The notes under the pieces were generated by a model. It did no database searches, had not been told where the DNA came from, and was given only the letters and a program-made list of their open reading frames with translations. A stretch of DNA of 64,000 nt from the NCBI GenBank assembly GCA_964016885.1, contig OZ024746.1:102424001-102488000 (forward strand), read 5' to 3'. The position numbers and the translations under genes were made by a program. The number at the start of each line of letters is the position of its first letter. Position 1 is the stretch's first letter. Shown one piece after another: positions 1 through 11,841 of the stretch. This DNA is from Eledone cirrhosa. Its lineage: Eukaryota.

Positions 1-38
1 ACCCTTGCAAGCATGGAAAAGCGGACGTATGATGAAGT

Positions 39-89
<51 letters not shown>

Positions 90-593
90 TATATATATAC
101 ACACATATATATCAGTGTACATATATATATACATATATATATATATATAAATGAATATTTATTCAATTTAAAGCGCCAATTATCTATATATAACAAGATA
201 TGAATTTTTCTAGGGATGGGGAAATTTTCAGTTTGTTTTTATATTTTCACTTCATTTTTTACTTTCTATTTAATACAGTCTTTGATCCAATATAATCCTG
301 ACAGTATTTGAACCAGTTTACCTCATATATATGTATGCACACACAACACTCAAGTTTCGCCATCTACTGCTATTTCATTCATATTTATTGTTTAATTAAC
401 TCTGGTCTAATTCATCAACTATTGTTAATTATATTATTACGTAGATTTCTTATAAAATCTAGTGCATATATACGTGTATATATACAGGGAGACACTGTAA
501 TAGATGTAAAGAGAGTGGGAGATAGAGTTATAGAAGTAAAGAGAGGGGGAGAAATAAGCGGTAGATAGAGTAATAGATGTAAAGAGAGGGTTA

Positions 594-770
594 GAACGTT
601 CAACTTGACAGTCAGTACAATGTTCAGCATGGTAGCCAGTACATATGCCAACTACCCAACCGGCCAGCCAGCCGCATATGCGGTTGACTGGCCAGTTGGG
701 CGGTTGGTATGTGGAACGTTCAACTACGCAGTCAGTACCAAAGTTCAACATTGTAGCCAGTGCATATGCC
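594..770. repeat. 72-nt palindrome (642-713) flanked by ~56-bp direct repeats, copy 1; present in all 8 units
   Basis: Arms 642-677 and 678-713 are reverse complements with 7 transition mismatches in 36 bp. Direct repeats at 594-649 and 714-770 (gaacgttcaac...agtcagtac...gttca.cat.gtagccagt.catatgcc). Other palindrome copies at 6552, 12408, 18276, 28027, 33992, 39919, 45845. Confidence 0.85.
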
Positions 771-816
771 GATCGCCGCGCCCTCTTTGCTCTATTTTAA
801 TGACCTGGAACTAAGT

Positions 817-929
817 AAAAAGAGTAGGAGATAACTCGACAAGAGCGGAGAGGGTGAGATTCGAACCATGTAAAGTCGTTGGCTCCTGAAGTTCGTAAGC
901 GGGGCTGCTACTGACTGAGCAACGCCGGC
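817..929 (-). ncRNA. tRNA-like Pol III unit or tRNA-derived pseudogene, copy 1
   Basis: Minus strand GCCGGCGTTGCTCAGTCAGTAGCAGC (A box/D arm), TTACGAA loop, GGTTCGAATC (B box), CCCTCTCCGC, then TTTTT ~25 nt downstream. Cloverleaf stems are imperfect. Confidence 0.55.
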
Positions 930-1924
930 AGCAAGGCAAATCGCGCATAAAATAACGCTTATATCGACAAAAAAAAAAAAAAAATTTCAATGTTGCACTC
1001 TTGTTTGTTGTTCTTTTATTTTACGTAAACATTTCGCTGCTCTAGCCTCTTATTTCCTATTAGATTACACTTAATTCCATTAAACATTCATTCTTAGTCT
1101 CGTGGTAAACTATTTCATCTATATTTATATCGCTGTTACAGCCTTTTATTTCTACATCTATCACCTATAGCCACTGTTACGCCGGTAGTATAAGTAGCTT
1201 TATAACAAGAAACGATGATATAACTCCACAAAATGTCTTCTTGAGCAAGACACTTCACTTCATATTGCTCCAGTACACCGAGTTACACATAGACAGATAC
1301 ATACATACATACACAGATAGAAATGAGAGGTAGATAGAGTAAAAGATTTAAAGAGAGTGTGAGAAGTACGAGTTAGATAGTGTAAAAGATTTAAAGAGAG
1401 GGTGAGAGTGTGACACACATTTATCTGTCTATCTCTCTCTATTTTAACACCGGTCGTTATAATTAGTTTTATAACACCGCTATATTACCGACATGAAAGA
1501 GGTAAATAATTATTTCTTAAATGTTTAGAACATGTTTCTCTTGTCTTCTTAAATGTATAGAACATGTTTCTTATTTATATTCTTAACATAGCTAGGACCT
1601 TATCTCATTTACTGGTCTCTACTTTTAGGACTTTGCTGGTCCCATGTGCCCTCCATGAAGACACACTCGCCCCTTCTCTCTCAGTCTCCGTACTAATTAC
1701 TACACATACGTATATATATTTATTTTAAGAAACCTTAATGACAAATAATATAAAGTGTTTGTAAAGTGGGGAAGAGTAGTTTTACGGTGGGGTTGTTATA
1801 TAGATATCGTTTTTGCAGTGGGGTCGTGACTGGCGTATAATAATGAGTCACTGTTGATGTATATACAAATCATGTTTTGGATATAAGTGAAGTTATTTAA
1901 GAGATTTAGTTGTTTTGTATACAT

Positions 1925-3890
1925 TCATAACGGTACGCGATGGGACCCACCCACAGCCCCGGCGGACAGAATGGAGAAGGCGTTTCCCCGGAGCACGGCA
2001 AGGGAGACGCGCTGGAAAAGCCACTCCAACTCGCGGGGCTCACACCTGCGGCTGGCCAGCTCAGCGCCTATGGTGGTGAGTAAGGAGGTAGCCCTGGGGC
2101 CGAGGACACCAGAAGTCTCCACTTCCAGGGGTACGACCGCAAACCTGTCGGAGAGTGAACGATATGTGAGGAGTTTGGCCCCCTCAGCCTGACGTGCAGC
2201 AGAACCTGGGCCAGTCGCAGACTGCACCAGGTTGCGGCTGCAGAAAGTGTCGGTGCAAGTGGCATCCCAGACGAGGGGTTTGCCACCGCGGAACGGGAAG
2301 ATGGTCATGCCATCTAGCCTTTTGCCGTCCCCTCGAGCTGGGAAGGGAAGCCTGCAGCGTCCAAGCCATGCTTAATGACTTCGTTGAGGGCAGCATGGCG
2401 TGGATTGCGGGTGGAGGCCGAAAGAGTCCATGGTGGAACGGCAGCGACATTGGTGTGAGGCCGAGCCTCAGGGAAACGCCGATGCGCAAGCTATTGTTGT
2501 CTAGCTGCGTGCGAGTGGAGAAGGAGGGCAGGGCATGGAGCCAGGCCCCACTGTGGGGTTTGGAGGCTGCACGAAAACAAACAAGGCGGTGCTGGTCGAG
2601 CTGGCACGTGAGCCTGTCTGAGGCCAGGCTGCACTGGATGGCATCCCAAGTGTGTTGGGGGGGACTTGACGTCAACAGGGGGAGAAGGAGGAGGAACGTC
2701 TACTGGGCTAAGTCCCAGCCGGTCCCACGTCTCACAGGCGGCCACGCGTTCTCTGAACACAGAGGGTTCTGTTGTGTTTTGAAGAACCCTGCTGAAGAGG
2801 ACGTGGTACGAGGTTACCGACGAAAGATATGCCGGCAAAGCTAGTGAGATCGGGGACTGGAGGCGAAGGCCGCCATACCTGACAGGTAAAGTTGCATATC
2901 TCATCGGCTGCTGCTCGGATACAAGTTTAGGTGTAGCACAGAGTGTATAGAGGAGCTTCGGCATGGCGTAGCAGTTCCTCAGCAGAAAGAGAACTGGGTG
3001 GCCATCAATCAAGCCCAGTCGGCTCGTGAGAGTCTGGACTTGATGGAGGAGCGGATGGCCGGCGGGTGGATCGGTGAGGGGCTCACCTGAACCTGGCGGA
3101 GAATGGACCGCACGTCCAAGACGGAGACTGCAAAGCTTGCAGTATCGAGGCTGACATTCACCACCTCCGACTTGGCTGAGTTGACCTGGAGGTCGATTCC
3201 CGCCAGGGCAGGAACCACCGATTGAAGGTCATGGCAGACCGCCTGTACGGGCCCACCCAAAGTAGCATCATCCAGATACCAAACGTTGAGAGGGGCCGTT
3301 ATACTCCAGGCGATGTGGTCAATACCAAGGGTGAACAGGAGGGGTCCCAAAGGGTTGCCCTGTTGGATCCCAGTAGCCAAGGGTATGACCGTATCAGCAG
3401 CATGGCGCATGCTTGGGGCTCCATATGACAGGTAGGCAGAGGGGGCTCGGCTGAGGCAGGCCTCGAGCAGATGATCCCAGCGTAAAGAGTTGAAGGCATT
3501 CCTCATGTCAAACTTGACAATGAGGTGGCTGGAGGCCCTGGATGCCGGTTCCGAGTGTTACGGACTTGCAGATTACCTTGGCAGCCAGCCTCCGGAAGAC
3601 ATTGCCCACAGCAATGGGGCGTATGCCATCCTCTTTCTTCCTGAGAGCGGTGAGGCTGGCCGAAAAAAAGAGGCCTCGAGCATAAGAGTCCAGGGCGCCA
3701 TGGATGAGCCTATTGGTGAGCGCCACAATTGCACTCAGAAGGCGGCGCCCGGCCTCAGCGGAGAGGGGAGATATCAACTCCTTGAGGAGGCCTGGTCAGA
3801 GACCATCAACATCTCCGCAGCTGCTAGCTGGGAAGGACCTGATGGCGGACATGATGTCTGCATCAGAAGCCACAAGGAGCAAGTGTGGAT
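1925..3890 (-). mobile_element. Decayed 5'-truncated CRE-clade non-LTR retrotransposon (RT, CCHC, RLE endonuclease), copy 1
   Basis: Split minus-strand ORFs: SFPASSCGDVDGL*PGLLKEL; ALRKKEDGIRPIAVGNVFRRLAAK; NAFNSL; GIQQGNPLGPLLF; WYLDD; HSGAWLHALP; RHAALNEVI; DGMTIFPFRGGKPLVWDATCTDT; VPLEVETSG; LFQRVSLAVLRGNA. Frameshifts and internal deletions. The 3' UTR may extend to AATAAA near 1720. Confidence 0.88.
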
Positions 3891-3959
3891 TACAATACAA
3901 AACCTCTGAGAATGATTTCTAAGATATTTCACCATAATTAATTTTCATCAATATATATT

Positions 3960-4255
3960 AATATTATTATTGTTTATTAGGTCAGGTGGATTGGCCAGAA
4001 CAATTCTACTCTTCTTTTTTAGATGTCACGATTTTTCATGGCATTCCTGAGATCATTAATCTCCAGCTGGAGATCCAGAGACATCTGATGTATGTAGGTG
4101 AACCTCAGTCATCCCACTTGGCTCTTACTATGTTTAGGTATCAACCACAGGAGCCAGCTCATCAGGTCATCCTACCCTCAGCAGCAATGTCCAGCATCTA
4201 TTGATTTCCGCTCCCTAGTTATTGTGGTAATCTTCGATATCTGGGAATATATTTC
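3960..4255 (-). mobile_element. Old RTE-like LINE 3' end (present in every unit)
   Basis: Manual minus-strand translation ISKITTITRERKSIDAGHCC*G*DDLMSWLLWLIPKHSKSQVG*LRFTYIHQMSLDLQLEINDLRNAMKNRDI*KRRV matches the RTE C-terminal pattern (R..RFAGH...W.PKHG.R.RGRP..TY..Q...DR..W); followed by an AAT-rich tail. Confidence 0.6.
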
Positions 4256-4334
4256 TTCTGCTTAAGGGAGTAATAAATATATAGTTTTAAAAAAAACATA
4301 TATATACACACACATATATATATGTTGTCATTTA

Positions 4335-4478
4335 TAAGAGTTCTCTATCAAAAGCCTTCTCTATGTCCAAAGCTAAGTATAGTGGCTTATTTTTCTCTAA
4401 GAACCTCTTTTGTAGTTGTCTCACTAAGAAGAGGGCATCTGTTGCACTTTTCAGCGGCACAAAACCAAACTGCATCTC
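4335..4478 (-). mobile_element. RTE LINE RT fragment (present in every unit)
   Basis: EMQFGFVPLKSATDALFLVRQLQKRFLEKNKPLYLALDIEKAFDR; close to the RTE at 57060-57190. Confidence 0.85.
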
Positions 4479-4529
4479 ATACACATACATACATATACAT
4501 ACATACATACATATACACATACATACATA

Positions 4530-4884
4530 CATCATCATCATCATCATCATCATCATTTCGTTTTAAGTCCGCTTTTTCCCTGCTTGCAAATGTGGGACGG
4601 GAACTGATTCTGGCTTGATTTCTACAGCTGGATGCCCTTCCTAACACCAACCTCATTTACAGTGAGTGCTGAGTGCTTTTTTGCCGTGGCACCTCCACGA
4701 CCACTTTGCAGTGGAATGATATGGACCCCAGTCCCTATCATCTCATTTCTACAGCTGAGTAAACTGGAGCAATGTGAAATAAAGTGTCTTGCTCAAGGAA
4801 ACAACACATCACCCGGTCTGAGAATTGAACTCACAACCTTTCGATTGCCAGGCCAATGCTCGAACCACTAAGCCATGTGCCTCC
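4530..4884 (-). mobile_element. tRNA-derived CORE-type SINE with RTE-like (TGA)n tail, copy 1
   Basis: Minus strand head GGAGGCACATGGCTTAGTGG...GAGTTCAATTC, CORE-like CCTTGAGCAAGACACTT, tail GCAAGCAGGGAAAAAGCGGAC then (TGA)n. Copies at ~10440-10794, 16322-16676, 31983-32340, 37884-38235, 43834-44188, 51202-51565. Confidence 0.85.
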
Positions 4885-5392
4885 ATATACATATACATAT
4901 ACATACACATACATATACATACATATATATATACATACATACATATATACACATACATACATACACATACATACACATATACATACATATATATACATAC
5001 ATACACATACATAGATATATATATATACATAATATAAATATACACACATACACATACATAAGCATATACACATAAGTATATATACATATACACACGTATA
5101 TATACATATACATACATACATATATACACATACATACATATATACATACATACACACATATACATACATATATACATATACACATACATACATATACATA
5201 CATATACACATACATACATATATATATATACATACACACATATATACATACACACACATATATACAAACACATACATATACACATATATACACATACATA
5301 CACATACATATACATACATATACACATATACACTCATATATACATATACATACATACACACACATACATACATATATACATATACATACATA
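4885..5392. repeat. Compound (TACA/TA/CA)n microsatellite, length-variable between units
   Basis: Direct reading; source of the spurious Y/M/C/V/I-rich ORFs. Confidence 0.95.
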
Positions 5393-5707
5393 AAGACAAA
5401 TCCACCTCATGGACGAGAATACAAGGGCTCCTCCTCTTTGTTTCGGCCGCGGATGGCTAACCCTAACCCCATCCCCGCTCCCCACTGCTCCCAACCTCCA
5501 AACGCAATCCAAAACTTCAGAGTTGGTACCATTAATGTAGGCACCTTATAGGGTGGCTCTAACGAGGTTGTAGAAATGCTTGAACGTAAGGAGGTCGATG
5601 TTTGTTGTATTCAAGAGACCAGGTGGAGGGGTGGGTCTGCTAGATTCATCGTGGGTAAAGAACGATGCTATACGCTTTTCTGTGTGGCAAATGACAATGG
5701 GCTGGGT
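5393..5707 (+). mobile_element. RTE LINE 5' end (APE endonuclease N-terminus), truncated
   Basis: [38 protein letters not shown]. Copies near 11246, 17112, 32850, 38741, 44685; partial at 27073 and 52298. Confidence 0.85.
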
Positions 5708-5734
5708 ATACACATACCACCCCACCACCCCACC

Positions 5735-5940
5735 GCAAAGTGGTCGTGGAGGCGCCGCGGCAAAAAAGCACCCAGCCCACACTGTAAAGCTGACGTGGAG
5801 GTGCCACGGAAAAAAAAAAGCACCCAGCACTCACTGCAAACGGGGTTGGCGTCAGGAAGGGCACCCAGCTGTAGAAACCAATCCAGAATCAGCTCCCACC
5901 CCACCCTTGCAAGCATGGAAAAGCGGACGTATGATGAAGT

Positions 5941-5942
<2 letters not shown>
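5735..5942 (+). mobile_element. SINE 3' half, inverted relative to the SINE at 4530-4884
   Basis: ggttggcgtcaggaagggcacccagctgtagaaa...cttgcaagcatggaaaagcggacgtatgatga followed by (TA)n; also at window start 1-40 and in each complete unit. Confidence 0.8.
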
Positions 5943-5985
<43 letters not shown>

Positions 5986-6726
5986 TATATATATACACAT
6001 ATATATATACACACATATATATCAGTGTACATATATATATACATATATATATATATATAAATGAATATTTATTCAATTTAAAGCGCCAATTATCTATATA
6101 TAACAAGATATGAATTTTTCTAGGGATGGGGAAATTTTCAGTTTGTTTTTATATTTTCACTTCATTTTTTACTTTCTATTTAATACAGTCTTTGATCCAA
6201 TATAATCCTGACAGTATTTGAACCAGTTTACCTCATATATATGTATGCACACACAACACTCAAGTTTCGCCATCTACTGCTATTTCATTCATATTTATTG
6301 TTTAATTAACTCTGGTCTAATTCATCAACTATTGTTAATTATATTATTACGTAGATTTCTTATAAAATCTAGTGCATATATACGTGTATATATACAGGGA
6401 GACACTGTAATAGATGTAAAGAGAGTGGGAGATAGAGTTATAGAAGTAAAGAGAGGGGGAGAAATAAGCGGTAGATAGAGTAATAGATGTAAAGAGAGGG
6501 TTAGAACGTTCAACTTGACAGTCAGTACAATGTTCAGCATGGTAGCCAGTACATATGCCAACTACCCAACCGGCCAGCCAGCCGCATATGCGGTTGACTG
6601 GCCAGTTGGGCGGTTGGTATGTGGAACGTTCAACTACGCAGTCAGTACCAAAGTTCAACATTGTAGCCAGTGCATATGCCGATCGCCGCGCCCTCTTTGC
6701 TCTATTTTAATGACCTGGAACTAAGT

Positions 6727-6839
6727 AAAAAGAGTAGGAGATAACTCGACAAGAGCGGAGAGGGTGAGATTCGAACCATGTAAAGTCGTTGGCTCCTGAA
6801 GTTCGTAAGCGGGGCTGCTACTGACTGAGCAGCGCCGGC
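6727..6839 (-). ncRNA. tRNA-like Pol III unit, copy 2
   Basis: As copy 1 (A box, B box, T5). Confidence 0.55.
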
Positions 6840-7834
6840 AGCAAGGCAAATCGCGCATAAAATAACGCTTATATCGACAAAAAAAAAAAAAAAATTTCAA
6901 TGTTGCACTCTTGTTTGTTGTTCTTTTATTTTACGTAAACATTTCGCTGCTCTAGCCTCTTATTTCCTATTAGATTACACTTAATTCCATTAAACATTCA
7001 TTCTTAGTCTCGTGGTAAACTATTTCATCTATATTTATATCGCTGTTACAGCCTTTTATTTCTACATCTATCACCTATAGCCACTGTTACGCCGGTAGTA
7101 TAAGTAGCTTTATAACAAGAAACGATGATATAACTCCACAAAATGTCTTCTTGAGCAAGACACTTCACTTCATATTGCTCCAGTACACCGAGTTACACAT
7201 AGACAGATACATACATACATACACAGATAGAAATGAGAGGTAGATAGAGTAAAAGATTTAAAGAGAGTGTGAGAAGTACGAGTTAGATAGTGTAAAAGAT
7301 TTAAAGAGAGGTTGAGAGTGTGACACACATTTATCTGTCTATCTCTCTCTATTTTAACACCGGTCGTTATAATTAGTTTTATAACACCGCTATATTACCG
7401 ACATGAAAGAGGTAAATAATTATTTCTTAAATGTTTAGAACATGTTTCTCTTGTCTTCTTAAATGTATAGAACATGTTTCTTATTTATATTCTTAACATA
7501 GCTAGGACCTTATCTCATTTACTGGTCTCTACTTTTAGGGCTTTGCTGGTCCCATGTGCCCTCCATGAAGACACACTCGCCCCTTCTCTCTCAGTCTCCG
7601 TACTAATTACTACACATACGTATATATATTTATTTTAAGAAACCTTAATGACAAATAATATAAAGTGTTTGTAAAGTGGGGAAGAGTAGTTTTACGGTGG
7701 GGTTGTTATATAGATATCGTTTTTGCAGTGGGGTCGTGACTGGCGTATAATAATGAGTCACTGTTGATGTATATACAAATCATGTTTTGGATATAAGTGA
7801 AGTTATTTAAGAGATTTAGTTGTTTTGTATACAT

Positions 7835-9800
7835 TCATAACGGTACGCGATGGGACCCACCCACAGCCCCGGCGGACAGAATGGAGAAGGCGTTTCCCCG
7901 GAGCACGGCAAGGGAGACGCGCTGGAAAAGCCACTCCAACTCGCGGGGCTCACACCTGCGGCTGGCCAGCTCAGCGCCTATGGTGGTGAGTAAGGAGGTA
8001 GCCCTGGGGCCGAGGACACCAGAAGTCTCCACTTCCAGGGGTACGACCGCAAACCTGTCGGAGAGTGAACGATATGTGAGGAGTTTGGCCCCCTCAGCCT
8101 GACGTGCAGCAGAACCTGGGCCAGTCGCAGACTGCACCAGGTTGCGGCTGCAGAAAGTGTCGGTGCAAGTGGCATCCCAGACGAGGGGTTTGCCACCGCG
8201 GAACGGGAAGATGGTCATGCCATCTAGCCTTTTGCCGTCCCCTCGAGCTGGGAAGGGAAGCCTGCAGCGTCCAAGCCATGCTTAATGACTTCGTTGAGGG
8301 CAGCATGGCGTGGATTGCGGGTGGAGGCCGAAAGAGTCCATGGTGGAACGGCAGCGACATTGGTGTGAGGCCGAGCCTCAGGGAAACGCCGATGCGCAAG
8401 CTATTGTTGTCTAGCTGCGTGCGAGTGGAGAAGGAGGGCAGGGCATGGAGCCAGGCCCCACTGTGGGGTTTGGAGGCTGCACGAAAACAAACAAGGCGGT
8501 GCTGGTCGAGCTGGCACGTGAGCCTGTCTGAGGCCAGGCTGCACTGGATGGCATCCCAAGTGTGTTGGGGGGGACTTGACGTCAACAGGGGGAGAAGGAG
8601 GAGGAACGTCTACTGGGCTAAGTCCCAGCCGGTGCCACGTCTCACAGGCGGCCACGCGTTCTCTGAACACAGAGGGTTCTGTTGTGTTTTGAAGAACCCT
8701 GCTGAAGAGGACGTGGTACGAGGTTACCGACGAAAGATATGCCGGCAAAGCTAGTGAGATCGGGGACTGGAGGCGAAGGCCGCCATACCTGACAGGTAAA
8801 GTTGCATATCTCATCGGCTGCTGCTCGGATACAAGTTTAGGTGTAGCACAGAGTGTATAGAGGAGCTTCGGCATGGCGTAGCAGTTCCTCAGCAGAAAGA
8901 GAACTGGGTGGCCATCAATCAAGCCCAGTCGGCTCGTGAGAGTCTGGACTTGATGGAGGAGCGGATGGCCGGCGGGTGGATCGGTGAGGGGGTCACCTGA
9001 ACCTGGCGGAGAATGGACCGCACGTCCAAGACGGAGGCTGCAAAGCTTGCAGTATCGAGGCTGACATTCACCACCTCCGACTTGGCTGAGTTGACCTGGA
9101 GGTCGATTCCCGCCAGGGCAGGAACCACCGATTGAAGGTCATGGCAGACCGCCTGTACGGGCCCACCCAAAGTAGCATCATCCAGATACCAAACGTTGAG
9201 AGGGGCCGTTATACTCCAGGCGATGTGGTCAATACCAAGGGTGAACAGGAGGGGTCCCAAAGGGTTGCCCTGTTGGATCCCAGTAGCCAAGGGTATGACC
9301 GTATCAGCAGCATGGCGCATGCTTGGGGCTCCATATGACAGGTAGGCAGAGGGGGCTCGGCTGAGGCAGGCCTCGAGCAGATGATCCCAGCGTAAAGAGT
9401 TGAAGGCATTCCTCATGTCAAACTTGACAATGAGGTGGCTGGAGTCCCTGGATGCCGGTTCCGAGTATTACGGACTTGCAGATTACCTTGGCAGCCAGCC
9501 TCCGGAAGACATTGCCCACAGCAATGGGGCGTATGCCATCCTCTTTCTTCCTGAGAGCGGTGAGGCTGGCCGAAAAAAAGAGGCCTCGAGCATAAGAGTC
9601 CAGGGCGCCATGGATGAGCCTATTGGTGAGCGCCACAATTGCACTCAGAAGGCGGCGCCCGGCCTCAGCGGAGAGGGGAGATATCAACTCCTTGAGGAGG
9701 CCTGGTCAGAGACCATCAACATCTCCGCAGCTGCTAGCTGGGAAGGACCTGATGGCGGACATGATGTCTGCATCAGAAGCCACAACGAGCAAGTGTGGAT
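7835..9800 (-). mobile_element. Decayed CRE-clade retrotransposon, copy 2
   Basis: Same ORF fragments as copy 1. Confidence 0.88.
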
Positions 9801-11794
9801 TACAATACAAAACCTCTGAGAATGATTTCTAAGATATTTCACCATAATTAATTTTCATCAATATATATTAATATTATTATTGTTTATTAGGTCAGGTGGA
9901 TTGGCCAGAACAATTCTACTCTTCTTTTTTAGATGTCACGATTTTTCATGGCATTCCTGAGATCATTAATCTCCAGCTGGAGATCCAGAGACATCTGATG
10001 TATGTAGGTGAACCTCAGTCATCCCACTTGGCTCTTACTATGTTTAGGTATCAACCACAGGAGCCAGCTCATCAGGTCATCCTACCCTCAGCAGCAATGT
10101 CCAGCATCTATTGATTTCCGCTCCCTAGTTATTGTGGTAATCTTCGATATCTGGGAATATATTTCTTCTGCTTAAGGGAGTAATAAATATATAGTTTTAA
10201 AAAAAACATATATATACACACACATATATATATGTTGTCATTTATAAGAGTTCTCTATCAAAAGCCTTTTCTATGTCCAAAGCTAAGTATAGTGGCTTAT
10301 TTTTCTCTAAGAACCTCTTTTGTAGTTGTCTCACTAAGAAGAGGGCATCTGTTGCACTTTTCAGCGGCACAAAACCAAACTGCATCTCATACACATACAT
10401 ACATATACATACATACATACATATACACATACATACATACATCATCATCATCATCATCATCATCATTTCGTTTTAAGTCCGCTTTTTCCCTGCTTGCAAA
10501 TGTGGGACGGGAACTGATTCTGGCTTGATTTCTACAGCTGGATGCCCTTCCTAACACCAACCTCATTTACAGTGAGTGCTGAGTGCTTTTTTGCCGTGGC
10601 ACCTCCACGACCACTTTGCAGTGGAATGATATGGACCCCAGTCCCTATCATCTCATTTCTACAGCTGAGTAAACTGGAGCAATGTGAAATAAAGTGTCTT
10701 GCTCAAGGAAACAACACATCACCCGGTCTGAGAATTGAACTCACAACCTTTCGATTGCCAGGCCAATGCTCGAACCACTAAGCCATGTGCCTCCATATAC
10801 ATATACATATACATACACATACATATACATATACATACATATATATACATACATACACATACATAGATATATATATATACATAATATAAATATACATACA
10901 TACACATACATAAGCATATACACATAAGTATATATACATATACACACGTATATATACATATACATACATACATATATACACATACATACATATATACATA
11001 CATACACACATATACATACATATATACATATACACATACATACATATACATACATATACACATACATACATATATATATATACATACACACACATATATA
11101 CATACACACACATATATACAAACACATACATATACACATATATACACATACATACACATACATATACATACATATACACATATACACTCATATATACATA
11201 TACATACATACACACACATACATACATATATACATATACATACATAAAGACAAATCCACCTCATGGACGAGAATGCAAGGGCTCCTCCTCTTTGTTTCGG
11301 CCGCGGATGGCTAACCCTAACCCCATCCCCGCTCCCCACTGCTCCCAACCTCCAAACGCAATCCAAAACTTCAGAGTTGGTACCATTAATGTAGGCACCT
11401 TATAGGGTGGCTCTAACGAGGTTGTAGAAATGCTTGAACGTAAGGAGGTCGATGTTTGTTGTATTCAAGAGACCAGGTGGAGGGGTGGGTCTGCTAGATT
11501 CATCGTGGGTAAAGAACGATGCTATACGCTTTTCTGTGTGGCAAATGACAATGGGCTGGGTATACACATACCACCCCACCGCCCCACCGCAAAGTGGTCG
11601 TGGAGGGGCCGCGGCCAAAAAGCACCCAGCCCACACTGTAAAGCTGACGTGGAGGTGCCACGGAAAAAAAAAAGCACCCAGCACTCACTGCAAACGGGGT
11701 TGGCGTCAGGAAGGGCACCCAGCTGTAGAAACCAATCCAGAATCAGCTCCCACCCCACCCTTTCAAGCATGGAAAAGCGGACGTATGATGAAGT

Positions 11795-11841
<47 letters not shown>

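Noticed and set aside
594-770. CRISPR-like GTTCAAC repeats
   Set aside because: Eukaryotic context, only four degenerate subunits, no unique spacers and no cas genes
308-814. Repeated small ORFs (69-104 aa) in the unit core
   Set aside because: No recognisable domains, non-ATG starts or low complexity, and frame-breaking changes in some copies
845-929. Functional tRNA-Arg(ACG)
   Set aside because: Acceptor, anticodon and T stems do not pair adequately; kept only as tRNA-like
2194-2844. Plus-strand 216-aa and 139-aa ORFs
   Set aside because: Antisense shadows of the GC-rich CRE coding strand
3986-4204. 72-aa ORF or exon after a ttattag acceptor
   Set aside because: Better explained as the antisense of a decayed RTE-like 3' end; disrupted in copies 4 and 5
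5456-5470. Telomeric repeat ctaaccctaaccc
   Set aside because: Only about two units, inside the RTE 5' region; the copy at 63001 reads ctaacataaccc
4809-5512. Long Y/M/C/V/I- or H/T/Y/I-rich ORFs (also at ~10.7, 16.6, 32.3, 38.2, 44.1, 51.5 and 62 kb)
   Set aside because: Translations of TACA/TA microsatellites that lack stop codons by composition
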